A model generated the notes under the pieces. The model had not been told where the DNA came from. It saw nothing but the letters and a program-made list of their open reading frames with translations, and did not search any database. Positions 8,014 through 18,369 of a DNA stretch of 31,403 nt are shown piece by piece. A program made the translations under genes and the position numbers. Source of the DNA: a virus. Lineage: Duplodnaviria; Heunggongvirae; Uroviricota; Caudoviricetes. The first letter of the stretch is position 1; every line of letters starts with the position of its first letter. The stretch lies in the IMG/VR virus record IMGVR_UViG_2623620492_000013, one strand, 5' to 3'.

Positions 8014-9253
8014 CGCCGTTCAACTGCCGATCCCCGCCAAGCTTGCACCACTGTTCACCGCCGTGAATAAGCGTTACCGGTGCTCTCACGGCGGACGCGG
8101 TAGCGCCAAGACGCGCACATTTGCGCTGATGACTGCAGTTAAGGCGTATCAGTCGATGATGAACGGTGAAAGCGGCGTAGTGCTCTGTGCGCGTGAATTC
8201 ATGAACTCGCTGGAAGAGTCGAGTATGCAGGAGGTGAAACAGGCGATCCTGTCTGTACCGTGGCTGGCTTCCAACTTTGATATCGGCGAGAAGTACATCC
8301 GCACCATCGACAAGAGCGTTAACTACGTGTTCTGCGGTCTGCGGCATAACCTCGACAGCATCAAGTCGAAAGCGCGCATCCTGCTGTGCTGGGTTGATGA
8401 AGCGGAATCAGTCAGCGAAATTGCCTGGCAGAAGCTGAGCCCGACCGTTCGTGAAGAGGGGTCAGAGATTTGGGTGACGTGGAACCCGGAGCGAGACGGT
8501 AGCGCCACGGATAAGCGTTTCCGCAAAGAGGCAGGCGACGACTGCATCACCGTTGAAATGAACTATACGGATAACCCGTGGTTCCCTGATGTGCTGGAAG
8601 GCGAGCGACAGAACGATCAGCGCCGCCTCGACCCGGCAACATACGCATGGGTGTGGGAAGGGGCTTATCTCGAAAACTCCGATAAGCAGGTACTGGCCGG
8701 GAAATACCGGATTGCTGAGTTCTCGGACCAACTATGGAAAGAGGCCGAACGTCTGTTCTTCGGTGCTGACTTCGGTTTCGCCAAAGACCCTAACACGTTG
8801 GTGCGTTCGTTCATCCTGCATAACCGGCTGTACATCGAATACGAGGCATACGGTCAGCAAACTGAGCTCGACCACATGCCAAAGCTGTACGACACGATTC
8901 CAGGTGCGCGTGACTGGCCCATTAAAGCCGACTCCGCTCGACCCGAGACGATCAGCTATCTAAAGCGGCAGGGCTTCAACATCTCAGCCGCTGAGAAATG
9001 GCAAGGAAGCGTTGAGGACGGGATCGCACACCTTCGCGGATTCGACGAAATCATTATCCATCCGCGCTGCAAGAATGTGGCGCGAGAGGCCCGCATGTGG
9101 TCGTACAAAACAGACCGCATTACTGGCGAGGTGCTGCCGAAACTGGCCGACGGCTATGAACACTGCTGGGACGGTATCCGCTACAGCCTAGACGGGCACA
9201 TTAAGCGTAAAGGCCAGATGGCCGGGATGATGATCCCAAAACGGCTGCGATAA
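8006..9253 (+). CDS. Terminase large subunit
   Basis: Walker A-like GGRGSAKT near the N-terminus and a C-terminal nuclease-like region; about 416 aa. Confidence 0.9.
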   Translation: MSNAVQLPIPAKLAPLFTAVNKRYRCSHGGRGSAKTRTFALMTAVKAYQSMMNGESGVVLCAREFMNSLEESSMQEVKQAILSVPWLASNFDIGEKYIRTIDKSVNYVFCGLRHNLDSIKSKARILLCWVDEAESVSEIAWQKLSPTVREEGSEIWVTWNPERDGSATDKRFRKEAGDDCITVEMNYTDNPWFPDVLEGERQNDQRRLDPATYAWVWEGAYLENSDKQVLAGKYRIAEFSDQLWKEAERLFFGADFGFAKDPNTLVRSFILHNRLYIEYEAYGQQTELDHMPKLYDTIPGARDWPIKADSARPETISYLKRQGFNISAAEKWQGSVEDGIAHLRGFDEIIIHPRCKNVAREARMWSYKTDRITGEVLPKLADGYEHCWDGIRYSLDGHIKRKGQMAGMMIPKRLR

Positions 9254-9312
9254 TTTGTACGAATACCAAGCGAAGTCATAATTAAACTCCCGCCATATGA
9301 TTCGGAGGTTTT

Positions 9313-9546
9313 ATGCATAGCTTTGAGCACTTGGTTGCAGAAATAAGAGAAGAGTTAAGGCTTAGAGGGCTTGAGCATTCATCGCTAATTTTTACTAAGC
9401 TTGCTCAGCAATACGCCCCTTACTATCAATCATTCGAACCTGAAAGAAAAGAGGCGTTACTGCTAAAGCTTAAGGCGCTTGAGAGAAGCGTGGGGCTACA
9501 GAAACCATTTGATTGGGAATCAGCCCTCTCAACGAAAAAAGAATAG
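9313..9546 (+). CDS. Hypothetical small protein (77 aa, moron)
   Basis: Own RBS (GGAGG) and own terminator; lies between terL and portal. Confidence 0.45.
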   Translation: MHSFEHLVAEIREELRLRGLEHSSLIFTKLAQQYAPYYQSFEPERKEALLLKLKALERSVGLQKPFDWESALSTKKE

Positions 9547-9568
9547 GTCGCTCAGGCGGCCTTTTTTA
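9546..9568 (+). terminator. Intrinsic terminator
   Basis: ggtcgc-tcag-gcggcc hairpin followed by a T-run. Confidence 0.5.
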
Positions 9569-9596
9569 TTGCCATAAATCCACCACCGGACAATCC

Positions 9597-10946
9597 ATGA
9601 ATGACAAATTAACTCTCGCCGTCAACCATGCGTTGAACGATGCGCGGATGGCTCGCGCCCGTATGGGGCTGATGGCGCCTACAATGGGGCTGGACAACAA
9701 GCGCCACTCTGCATGGTGCGAGTATGGATTCCCTGAGCAGGTAACCTACGAAAACCTTTATGCCCTGTACCGACGCGGTGGTATTGCCCACGGCGCAGTA
9801 GAGAAACTGGTGGGCAAGTGCTGGCAGACTAACCCGGAAATCATCGAGGGTGATCAGGCAGACAAAAAGCGCAAAGAAACCGCCTGGGAGAAAAAGGCCA
9901 AACAGGTATTCACCAACCGATTCTGGCGCTCATTCTCTGAGGCCGATCGCCGTCGTCTGGTGGGCCGTTATGCTGGCATCCTTCTGCACGTCCGCGATGA
10001 AAAAGACTGGAACCTTCCGGTAACCAAAGGGCGAGGTCTTCAGAAAATATCGGTGGCGTGGGCAGGATCGCTTACGGTGAGCGAGTGGGACACTGGCCTG
10101 AACTCGAAGACGTACGGCCAGCCTCAGATGTGGCAGTACGCCGAACGCTTGCCGAATGGTTCAAGTCGCCGCGTCAATATCCACCCCGATCGCGTTTTCA
10201 TCCTTGGTGATTACTCAGACGATGCTATTGGCTTCCTTGAGCCAGCTTATAACGCCTTTGTAAGCCTGGAGAAGGTAGAGGGTGGATCCGGCGAGTCATT
10301 CCTGAAGAACGCCGCGCGCCAGCTTAATGTCAACTTTGAGAAGGAAATCGACTTCAACAATCTTGCGTCACTTTATGGCGTGAGCATTGACGAGTTGCAG
10401 GATAAGTTTAACGAAGTTGCCGGGGAAATGAACCGTGGCAACGATGTTTTGATGACAACCCAAGGGGCCACGGTCACACCGCTGGTGACTGCTGTAGCTG
10501 ATCCTTCAGCGACCTATAACGTCAACCTGCAAACGGCTGCCGCCGGTGTTGATATCCCGACGCGCATTCTGGTTGGTAATCAGCAGGCCGAGCGCTCCAG
10601 CACCGAAGACCAGAAATACTTTAATGCTCGTTGTCAGTCGCGACGCGTAGACCTCTCTTTCGAAATAGAGGACTTCTGCGACAAGCTTATCGATCTACAA
10701 ATCGTAGACTCAGTCAGTCAGAAGGCTGTTATCTGGGATGACCTTAACGAACAGACCGGTACTGAGAAGCTCACTAACGCCAAGACCATGGGCGAAATTA
10801 ACCAGACCATGCAGGGCAGCGGCGAAGAGCCAGCGTTCAGCCGTGAAGAGATTCGTACAGCTGCGGGTTATGACAATGACGACGAAGAGCCGTTAGGAGA
10901 AGAGGATGGCGACGAACAAGACGAAGCCACCAATTCTACCGCGTAA
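9597..10946 (+). CDS. Portal protein
   Basis: About 450 aa between terL and the head-morphogenesis gene, with an acidic C-terminal tail. Confidence 0.8.
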   Translation: MNDKLTLAVNHALNDARMARARMGLMAPTMGLDNKRHSAWCEYGFPEQVTYENLYALYRRGGIAHGAVEKLVGKCWQTNPEIIEGDQADKKRKETAWEKKAKQVFTNRFWRSFSEADRRRLVGRYAGILLHVRDEKDWNLPVTKGRGLQKISVAWAGSLTVSEWDTGLNSKTYGQPQMWQYAERLPNGSSRRVNIHPDRVFILGDYSDDAIGFLEPAYNAFVSLEKVEGGSGESFLKNAARQLNVNFEKEIDFNNLASLYGVSIDELQDKFNEVAGEMNRGNDVLMTTQGATVTPLVTAVADPSATYNVNLQTAAAGVDIPTRILVGNQQAERSSTEDQKYFNARCQSRRVDLSFEIEDFCDKLIDLQIVDSVSQKAVIWDDLNEQTGTEKLTNAKTMGEINQTMQGSGEEPAFSREEIRTAAGYDNDDEEPLGEEDGDEQDEATNSTA

Positions 10947-11832
10947 CTATCAGGATCCTACCGGAGCCGATGCGCTGGAACGACGGACAATGAAAGACTT
11001 CGCCAGGCGGATGAAAAAGATTGGCAAGGCGTACAAATCAGCACTCGACAAAATACCTTCCTCCCTCGCAGTAAACGCCAGATACGAATACCAGTTAAAC
11101 CCAACGCTACTCTCCATCATCCTGAACGATGCCAGTTACCTGGTGGATCAGGTGCTGCTTGAAGGTGGCGATTATGACCTGTGGTTTTACGAGTACATCG
11201 ATCTGGCTTCGGAGAAGGGGACCGGGCAGTCATTCTACAACCTCAGCCAGCAGTCGCCGGTGTACGCCGCCGGTCGTGAGTCGCTGGCCTCCATCCTCGC
11301 AAGCGACCCTTACCAGCAACGCATGGCGCTGGTGCATGCCCGTGTGTTTGAGGAAATGAAGGGGCTGACGGCTGACGTTAAGCGCGACATGGCGCGCGTG
11401 CTGACTGATGGTGTGGGGCGCGGTCTCAATCCGCTGGACATTGCCCGCAACCTCACAGAACAGACCGGCATCGAGAAGCGCCGGGCGAACCGGATAGCGC
11501 GCACTGAAGTGACTACCGCGCTGCGCCGGGCCAAGTGGGATGAAGACCAGGAGGCGAATGACCTCTTCGGCCTGAAAACTCTGCTGGTTCACATCTCGGC
11601 TCTGTCGCCGACAACGCGACATACCCACGCAGTGCGCCATGCCCACCTCTACACCAACGAAGAGGTGCGTGACTGGTACAGCAAAGATGGCAACTCCATC
11701 AACTGCAAATGCAGCCAGCAGTCGGTGCTGGTGGATGCGGACGGCAAGCCGGAATACCCGGACACCATTACCAAACTCAAACAGGAATATAAATCGATGC
11801 AGGCGCGCGGTTACGCCTGGGCGGAGAAATAA
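10906..11832 (+). CDS. Head morphogenesis protein (Mu gpF / SPP1 gp7 family)
   Basis: About 308 aa directly after the portal; composition and position typical of this family. Confidence 0.75.
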   Translation: MATNKTKPPILPRNYQDPTGADALERRTMKDFARRMKKIGKAYKSALDKIPSSLAVNARYEYQLNPTLLSIILNDASYLVDQVLLEGGDYDLWFYEYIDLASEKGTGQSFYNLSQQSPVYAAGRESLASILASDPYQQRMALVHARVFEEMKGLTADVKRDMARVLTDGVGRGLNPLDIARNLTEQTGIEKRRANRIARTEVTTALRRAKWDEDQEANDLFGLKTLLVHISALSPTTRHTHAVRHAHLYTNEEVRDWYSKDGNSINCKCSQQSVLVDADGKPEYPDTITKLKQEYKSMQARGYAWAEK

Positions 11833-11835
11833 CCT

Positions 11836-13158
11836 ATGAAATTCCAGGTAAACCACGAAGCAAAGCGTCCGATCCCGGCACCGCAAAATGGTGAGCATAT
11901 TCAGGTCAACATCACCACGAAGGTGAACAGCCAGTCTATCCGGCGCGAAACACATAACGGTCGTGAGCATCTGGTGCTGCCGAGCTACACGCTGCCGGCG
12001 AACGTCGTCATGAATGGCGGGCTGTACACAGAAGATGAAATCAACGCCCACTATCAGGGGCTGGAAGGCACGCTCGCGCCGCTGGGTCATCCACAGGTTA
12101 ACGGTCAGTTCGTGTCGGCCTTCTCTCCTGAAGGTCTTAACGTCGGCTACGTAGGCGCGTGGAACCGTAACGTTAAGAAGTCCGGCAATCGTATCTACGT
12201 AGAAAAATGGGTGGATGTGGCTCGAGCTGAAGAGTCGGAAGGCGGGCGAGAACTACTTGAGCGCGTCGCTGCCATTGAGCGTGGAGATGACGTGCCGCCG
12301 ATTCATACCAGCGTGGCCGCTTTCCTCGACCAACTTGAACCGAACGAACAGCAACGCGCTACCGGCGCCGACTGGGTGGCGAAGATTCACAGCATGGACC
12401 ATGACGCCATTCTGCTGCATGAGGTTGGCGCGGCGACACCAGAGCAGGGCGTGGGCCTGATGGTCAACGCAGACCTCGCGCAGCCTCTGAGGGCTAATTC
12501 AGGCGCGTTGGTGGGTGAATCCTACAGGGAGCGCGAACAGCGTCTCGATCGCGCAGCCAAAGCGAAGTTTGCGGCGGGCGCGGATGAATACGCCTGGATT
12601 GCTGATTTTACTGACTCGCAAGCTGTAATCATCCGCAACGGCGGCAGCGCTGAGGTGTTTGGCTACAAGTCTGATGGTGGGGTAATCACCTTCGACGATA
12701 CCGGCACCGCAGTCGCACGACAGGAGTCGTGGGTGGCTGTCGTTACTAACAAACTAAAAGCTCTATTCACACCGCAGGAACAGCCTGCACCAAACCACAA
12801 AACGGAGGGCGACATGCCTTTAACCAAAGAAGAACTGGAACAAATCGGCAGCATGATCGGCCAGGCTGTTGCGACCAATACTGAAGCGGCTATTAAGCCT
12901 CTCGCGGAAAAGGTTGATGCGCTACAGGCCAACCAGAAGCAACTCGCTGACACCCTGACCGCCAACTCACGCGCTGAAGAGAAAGCCAAACGTGATGCGG
13001 TTGCCAAGGTCCATGGCGACATCGTGGCCAACGCGCTTTCTGGCGATGCGCTGGACGCAATGTTCAAGTCGCTGGGCGAAGCTGCTCCGCTGGGCACCAA
13101 CAATGCTCAACAGCACAAAGAAACCGGCGCACCTGCCGCAGACGAACACTTCAAGTAA
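11836..13158 (+). CDS. DUF2213-type head protein (putative scaffold/prohead protease)
   Basis: 440 aa with an Ala/Lys-rich coiled-coil-like C-terminal half, lying between head morphogenesis and capsid genes. Confidence 0.6.
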   Translation: MKFQVNHEAKRPIPAPQNGEHIQVNITTKVNSQSIRRETHNGREHLVLPSYTLPANVVMNGGLYTEDEINAHYQGLEGTLAPLGHPQVNGQFVSAFSPEGLNVGYVGAWNRNVKKSGNRIYVEKWVDVARAEESEGGRELLERVAAIERGDDVPPIHTSVAAFLDQLEPNEQQRATGADWVAKIHSMDHDAILLHEVGAATPEQGVGLMVNADLAQPLRANSGALVGESYREREQRLDRAAKAKFAAGADEYAWIADFTDSQAVIIRNGGSAEVFGYKSDGGVITFDDTGTAVARQESWVAVVTNKLKALFTPQEQPAPNHKTEGDMPLTKEELEQIGSMIGQAVATNTEAAIKPLAEKVDALQANQKQLADTLTANSRAEEKAKRDAVAKVHGDIVANALSGDALDAMFKSLGEAAPLGTNNAQQHKETGAPAADEHFK

Positions 13159-13170
13159 GGAGCCGGAATA

Positions 13171-13620
13171 ATGCCACGTTATCGTCGCGTTAATATCGAC
13201 GGTCAGTCTCTGTACAAGACCGAAACCCGCACTACGGCCGCAGCGCTACTTCCGGGTACCGCCGCAACCATCAACTCCTCAGATGAATTCGCTCAGGCCA
13301 CTGCGCTAACCGGACGCCTGTACATCATCGATGTCGGTTACCACCAGGGCCTGACAATCACCGAAGAAATCCCTGCCGGGGATTCGGCAGTAGGTAACTA
13401 CGTCGAAGAAGGTCGTGAGCTGGCGCTGCGTTGCCTGCCTGGTGCGTATAAAAAAGACAGCCCGATCAAGCTGGGCACTGCCGGTCAGTTTACCCTGGCA
13501 ACCGATGACACTGATTCAGTGATCGGATACAGCCAGGATGAATACACCATCGCGGCCAGCACTACCGACTTCATCCGCGTGCGCATGCGCGTTGGCACTG
13601 CCGCCGCTGCTGGCGCGTAA
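13171..13620 (+). CDS. Head structural protein (possible decoration/cement protein)
   Basis: 149-aa ORF directly upstream of the major capsid gene. Confidence 0.5.
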   Translation: MPRYRRVNIDGQSLYKTETRTTAAALLPGTAATINSSDEFAQATALTGRLYIIDVGYHQGLTITEEIPAGDSAVGNYVEEGRELALRCLPGAYKKDSPIKLGTAGQFTLATDDTDSVIGYSQDEYTIAASTTDFIRVRMRVGTAAAAGA

Positions 13621-13637
13621 CAAAAGGACAAAAACAT

Positions 13638-14714
13638 ATGTACTTCTCAAAAGAGACGCTGGCGACTAATTCCCGCCTTGGCGGGCACTGGAGTGAGCTG
13701 TGGGCAAACCGCAACATGTGGAACCTACAGAACGATTCCATCATTGCAGCTAACCGCGCGATGATGACTGCTGACATGCTGGCCTGTAACGCAGTGGGCG
13801 GTTTCTCCCGTGACTTCTGGGCTGAGATTGACAACCAGGTGCTGCTACTGCGGGATCAGGAAGTTGGCATGGAAATCGTGAACGACCTGATCGGTGTTCA
13901 GACGGTGCTGCCGGTCGGTAAAACCGCCAAGCTGTATAACGTGGTAGGCGACATCGCTGACGACGTGTCAGTAAGCATCGATGGCCAGGCGCCGTTCTCC
14001 TTCGACCACACTGACTACGCGAGCGACGGCGACCCGATTCCGGTGTTCACTGCTGGTTACGGTGTTAACTGGCGTCATGCTGCTGGCCTGAACTCTGTGG
14101 GCATCGATCTGGTGCTGGACTCGCAGATGGCGAAGATGCGCAAGTTCAACCAGAAGCGCGTTAACTACTACCTCAACGGCGATTCAAAAATTCAGGTTCA
14201 GTCCTACCCGGCGCAGGGCATTAAGAACCACCGAAACACCAAGAAGATCAACCTCGGTTCCGGTGCTGGTGGCGCGAATATCGACCTGACTACTGCCGAC
14301 ATGACCGCGCTCTTTGCGTTCTTCGGTAAAGGCGCGTTCGGTACTACCGCCCGCACGAACAAAGTCGCCGCATACGATGTGATGTGGGTTTCCCCGGAAA
14401 TCTGGGCAAACCTGGCACAGCCGTACGTGGTGAATGGCGTTGTAAGCGGCACTGTATTGCAGGCGGTTCTGCCGTTCGCGCCGGTGAAGGAAATCCGCAT
14501 GAGCTTCGCGCTGACCGGTAACGAGTTTATCGCGTACGTTCGTCGCCGTGACGTGATCTCTCCACTGGTGGGTATGGCTGTCGGTGTTGTTCCGCTGCCG
14601 CGCCCACTGCCTAACGTTAACTACAACTTCCAGATTATGTCTGCTGAAGGTCTGCAAATCACCGCAGATGATCAGGGTCTGTCCGGCGTTGTCTACGGCG
14701 CTAACCTGGCGTAA
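13638..14714 (+). CDS. Major capsid protein
   Basis: 358 aa; size and position in the head module; strong codon bias. Confidence 0.8.
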   Translation: MYFSKETLATNSRLGGHWSELWANRNMWNLQNDSIIAANRAMMTADMLACNAVGGFSRDFWAEIDNQVLLLRDQEVGMEIVNDLIGVQTVLPVGKTAKLYNVVGDIADDVSVSIDGQAPFSFDHTDYASDGDPIPVFTAGYGVNWRHAAGLNSVGIDLVLDSQMAKMRKFNQKRVNYYLNGDSKIQVQSYPAQGIKNHRNTKKINLGSGAGGANIDLTTADMTALFAFFGKGAFGTTARTNKVAAYDVMWVSPEIWANLAQPYVVNGVVSGTVLQAVLPFAPVKEIRMSFALTGNEFIAYVRRRDVISPLVGMAVGVVPLPRPLPNVNYNFQIMSAEGLQITADDQGLSGVVYGANLA

Positions 14715-14723
14715 GGAATCAGC

Positions 14724-15017
14724 ATGGCTAAATACGAAGTTGTGCGCCCATGGTTCGGCGTGAAGGTTGGCGACGTGGTGGAGTTGAAAGAGCTTCATCA
14801 GGCGCTGAAGTCTAACGTCCGGCTGATGAAAGGCGAGGCTGGTGGCGAGCTGAAACCCGCAACACCTGATGCCGGTACCGGTGAGAAATCTCGCAAAGAG
14901 ATTATTCAGAACCGCCTTACTGAACTGGGCATTGATTTCAAAGGCACCCTGGGCGCTGAAAAGCTCAGTGAGCTGTTGCCGGATGGCGAACTCGAAAAGC
15001 TTTTCCCTGCTGAATAA
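14724..15017 (+). CDS. Hypothetical head-associated protein
   Basis: 97-aa ORF after the capsid gene, followed by a terminator. Confidence 0.5.
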   Translation: MAKYEVVRPWFGVKVGDVVELKELHQALKSNVRLMKGEAGGELKPATPDAGTGEKSRKEIIQNRLTELGIDFKGTLGAEKLSELLPDGELEKLFPAE

Positions 15018-15018
15018 C

Positions 15019-15043
15019 AGCCGCCGCTAAGGCGGTTTTTTTA
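15019..15043 (+). terminator. Intrinsic terminator after the head gene block
   Basis: ccgcc-gctaa-ggcgg hairpin followed by ttttttt; a second GC hairpin follows directly. Confidence 0.55.
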
Positions 15044-15079
15044 TGCCCCGCTCCGGCGGGGTATTTCACGGAGTCGATA

Positions 15080-15481
15080 ATGGTAACTCTCGAACAGGCG
15101 AAGGAGTATCTGGAGAGCCAGGGAATTACCATTCCCGATTTTGTTCTTCAGGCTCTCGTCGACCAGGCCAACAGCATACAGGAGTGTCTCGATGCACATT
15201 ATCCTGCATCGACCTCGCTGTTGATTCAGCTCTATCTGCTGGCGCTTATGGGGCTCGGGCAGGGGGATAAATACATCTCCAGCCAGACGGCTCCAAGCGG
15301 GGCGTCGCGCTCTTTCAGGTACCAGTCGTTTACCGATCGCTGGAAGGCCTCGGTTAACCTGTTGCGAGGGCTGGATAAATACGGTTGTGCCACCTCCCTG
15401 ATCCCTGCCGACCCTACCGCCACCCCGGCATTCGCTGGTATCTGGATCGGTAAGGGCGGCTGCATGTGCGGGGATAAGTGA
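15080..15481 (+). CDS. Head-tail connector / DNA-packaging adaptor protein (gp6-like)
   Basis: 133 aa at the first position of the head-tail joining block. Confidence 0.55.
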   Translation: MVTLEQAKEYLESQGITIPDFVLQALVDQANSIQECLDAHYPASTSLLIQLYLLALMGLGQGDKYISSQTAPSGASRSFRYQSFTDRWKASVNLLRGLDKYGCATSLIPADPTATPAFAGIWIGKGGCMCGDK

Positions 15482-15654
15482 TGACGTACAAATCAGTTAA
15501 GCACGGGCTGCCACGTTCGTTTACCCGCGTCTGGGTGATTACCGACACAGGGCGGGAGACTACCGGCTACGTGAAATCGGACGGCGAGTGGCATATCAAC
15601 TGCCCGCGCATCCGGGCGACTGGCGCGAAGGTGCTGCGCTGGAAGGAGGGCTGA
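15481..15654 (+). CDS. Small hypothetical protein (57 aa, absent from the ORF track)
   Basis: GTGATG overlap upstream and TGATG overlap downstream place it in a translationally coupled chain. Confidence 0.4.
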   Translation: MTYKSVKHGLPRSFTRVWVITDTGRETTGYVKSDGEWHINCPRIRATGAKVLRWKEG

Positions 15655-16010
15655 TGTCGTCTACAGCTTCATGGTCCTACAACAAGCCGTGCACGATATG
15701 GCGTAAGGGCGCGGGCGGTAATGACGAGTGGGGCGATCCTGTCGACCCATACGAACCGCCTGAAACCATCATGTGCGACTACATCGGCGGTCTGTCAGCA
15801 AAGCTCGGGTCAATCGGTAAAGAGGTTGTCGTTAAGAACACCTTCTTTACTGCGTATGCGTTGGCTGATGAGGGCGATTACATCCTGATTGGTGTGAGCA
15901 CTGAACCGGACCCGGTCGTGGCCGGTGCCGATGAGGTGCGTCACGTGACGCGCTGGAACGATACTCTCGACGGTCTGGAAGATGACTGGGCGATAATTAC
16001 GGGAGTGTAG
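15654..16010 (+). CDS. Head-tail joining protein (head closure-like)
   Basis: 118-aa ORF starting at the coupled ATG. Confidence 0.5.
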   Translation: MSSTASWSYNKPCTIWRKGAGGNDEWGDPVDPYEPPETIMCDYIGGLSAKLGSIGKEVVVKNTFFTAYALADEGDYILIGVSTEPDPVVAGADEVRHVTRWNDTLDGLEDDWAIITGV

Positions 16011-16012
16011 CC

Positions 16013-16381
16013 ATGGGCATCAAAGTGCGCGGCGTTAAGCAGTCGAAAGTCGGGCTCAACCGCATCATAAACGACGTCAAAGGGCGCAAGGTCGTCAGGG
16101 CGCTACAGTCAGCAATGATAATCGGCAGCTCCCAGGCCGCGCTTTACACGCCGATCGACACCTCGACGCTGTTGAATAGCCAGTATCGGGAGTTGATAAA
16201 CAGCGGCGTTCGGCTGACAGGGCGTGTCGGATACACGGCGAACTACGCTGTGTTCGTTCATGATCCGAATGTGCCGCAAACCTTCCGCCGCGCAACCGCG
16301 CAGAAAGAGTTCCTCACAAAAGGCTTTGAAGATACCCGCAGCCAGATTGATGCCGTAATGCGCAAGGAGCTTTCAGTATGA
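16013..16381 (+). CDS. Tail completion / neck protein (HK97 gp10-like)
   Basis: 122 aa; position and size. Confidence 0.5.
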   Translation: MGIKVRGVKQSKVGLNRIINDVKGRKVVRALQSAMIIGSSQAALYTPIDTSTLLNSQYRELINSGVRLTGRVGYTANYAVFVHDPNVPQTFRRATAQKEFLTKGFEDTRSQIDAVMRKELSV

Positions 16382-16761
16382 CGCCTGCCATGTATGAGCG
16401 CGTGCGTAACTACTTCGTTGATGCCGGGCTTACCACTGGCTTCATTGTTCAGTTGCTGGCATGGGACGACACAAAGAAGCTAACCGATGCATTCATAGTT
16501 TTCCGGCCCAACGGCGGGTCGAACATCCGTAACGACCTTGGCGCCGATCACTATGTATTGGTAGATATCATCTCCGCCAAGGACAAACGCCGCGCGGCAG
16601 CAGAGAAGGCTCAGGAAATCATCAATTATGTCGAACAGAACGACATTGCCGACGAGTGCCTTGGTCTGATTCAAAACCTCGGCAATATGCCTGCACCCAT
16701 CCTGACCGAAGAGGGGCGCCTGGTCTTCAGACTCCAGTTCATGTGCGTTTACGGCGAATAA
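16378..16761 (+). CDS. Tail terminator-like structural protein
   Basis: 127 aa just upstream of the major tail gene, followed by a terminator. Confidence 0.45.
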   Translation: MTPAMYERVRNYFVDAGLTTGFIVQLLAWDDTKKLTDAFIVFRPNGGSNIRNDLGADHYVLVDIISAKDKRRAAAEKAQEIINYVEQNDIADECLGLIQNLGNMPAPILTEEGRLVFRLQFMCVYGE

Positions 16762-16779
16762 CCCAATCACCAACCCATC

Positions 16780-16807
16780 AGGCTGCCATCCGGCGGCCTT
16801 TTTTATT
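16780..16807 (+). terminator. Intrinsic terminator
   Basis: aggctgcc-atcc-ggcggcct hairpin followed by a T-run. Confidence 0.5.
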
Positions 16808-16819
16808 TGAGAGGTACAC

Positions 16820-17575
16820 ATGCAAGGCTGTGCTAATGATTTTGGCAAGCTGATCGGGAAAGTAGCTGTGCTACGCATGGCCTTTGGCTGCCCCGACGCA
16901 GTGCCAGCGCTTTCTGAGTGGAAGCGTCTCGGCGCTATTACGACCAAGGGTATCGACTATTCGATGAACACCATTAACTCCGAAGCTGATGATGCTAAAG
17001 GGCTGGTGGAAAACTTGGTCAACAACATGGATCTGACGATCTCCGGTGAAGGGGAGTTCCGCAAATCTGATAAAGATAACGAGATCGGCGCGTGGCGTCT
17101 GTCGAAGTACATCTTTGACGAAGTTCAGGCAGGCCGTCAGCCTAACCTGTGGGTGCGTTTCGACTTCGCTGGTGAGAACGCCGGTACTTACATCCAGGGT
17201 TACATGAACACAACGTCATGGTCTGGTGATTTCGGAACCAACGATATCTCCACGTTCTCCGGCGAGTGGAAGGTATATGACGCCGACACCGTTGTGTTTG
17301 AAGTCGCTGATTCCATCGCGGCCACTGGCGTCGAAGTTACCCCTGCAACTGCTTCCCTGGTCGTTGGCGCAACCCAGCAGCTGAGCGGCGCAGTTCAGCC
17401 AACCGATGCGACTAACAAGGCGATCACCTGGACGACTTCGGCGGCCTCTATCGCCACTGTCAGCTCAACCGGCCTGGTAACGGCCGTCTCCGCCGGCACC
17501 GCGACTATTACGGCTACCACTGCTGACGGTGACTTCACCGATACCTGCGCTGTTACCGTGACAGCCGCGCCGTAA
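16820..17575 (+). CDS. Major tail protein with C-terminal Ig-like (Big_2-type) domain
   Basis: 251 aa; the C-terminal 90 aa are Thr/Ala/Val-rich beta-strand repeats typical of Ig-like decorations on siphovirus tail tubes. Confidence 0.75.
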   Translation: MQGCANDFGKLIGKVAVLRMAFGCPDAVPALSEWKRLGAITTKGIDYSMNTINSEADDAKGLVENLVNNMDLTISGEGEFRKSDKDNEIGAWRLSKYIFDEVQAGRQPNLWVRFDFAGENAGTYIQGYMNTTSWSGDFGTNDISTFSGEWKVYDADTVVFEVADSIAATGVEVTPATASLVVGATQQLSGAVQPTDATNKAITWTTSAASIATVSSTGLVTAVSAGTATITATTADGDFTDTCAVTVTAAP

Positions 17576-17625
17576 TCACTACAAAGGGCGGCGTGCTGCC
17601 CTTGATACTGGTTATGGAGAACGAT

Positions 17626-18369
17626 ATGACACCCTTGAAAGAGATTGGCGAGTGCATGATTGGTGCTGGAGAGCGGGAATATTTCTTCCGGCCATCGTTC
17701 CGTAACATGACGCGGATCGGTGAACCAGAGCATATCGTCCGCACTTTCTACGCGCTGTTCAATGACGACGTGGCGAAGATGCTTGAGGCGGCGCGCGAAA
17801 TTCACAGTGCGATACCAGAGCATCAGCGCAGATTTTACGCCCACTATATCGGTGACGTTTCGCTGCCACGCTGGGCACTTGATGCAGCAGGCTCTGCCGC
17901 GTTTGTGCGTGAGGCATTACTCTCGGCTATTAACGTCATTCAGTCCTGCTGTGAAGAGGAAGTTTCAGAGCTGACAGGCTGGCATGAGCCATCACGCACT
18001 GGACGGCGCACATTCGTATGGCACCGCGGCGCGCTTCCGCCTGAGAACCTTATTCTGATAGCGCAGTCGCTGATCATGCATGGTGTTATCGGCAGGGCCA
18101 AGGTTCGTAAATTGCAGAAGCACGAAAGCAAGGAAACGACGCCGGAGTTTCACGCGACTGAATACATCATGGCGGCGAGAAACCATTTCGGGATCAGCAG
18201 GGAAGAGGCTGAAAACCTTACCATGACCGAATTCGCCATGATGCTTAACGCCAAATACCCTGACCAGAAAGGCTTCACCAGGGAAGAGTACGACGCTGTT
18301 ATGGACGATGACGATCGCCGCTGGCAGGAAATGGTTGAGCGCGAAAAATCAGCAAAAAAAGCGGCCTGA
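17626..18369 (+). CDS. Tail assembly chaperone
   Basis: Lies between the major tail and tape measure genes; acidic C-terminus. Confidence 0.6.
   Translation: MTPLKEIGECMIGAGEREYFFRPSFRNMTRIGEPEHIVRTFYALFNDDVAKMLEAAREIHSAIPEHQRRFYAHYIGDVSLPRWALDAAGSAAFVREALLSAINVIQSCCEEEVSELTGWHEPSRTGRRTFVWHRGALPPENLILIAQSLIMHGVIGRAKVRKLQKHESKETTPEFHATEYIMAARNHFGISREEAENLTMTEFAMMLNAKYPDQKGFTREEYDAVMDDDDRRWQEMVEREKSAKKAA

Noticed and set aside
11230-12090. Long reverse-strand ORF (286 aa) inside the head morphogenesis and DUF2213 genes
   Set aside because: It is antisense to confidently called structural genes in GC-rich DNA, Arg/His-rich with odd composition and no RBS. This is a typical spurious antisense ORF; the same applies to 19743-20264, 17395-17844, 14184-14798 and 12663-13103 on the reverse strand.
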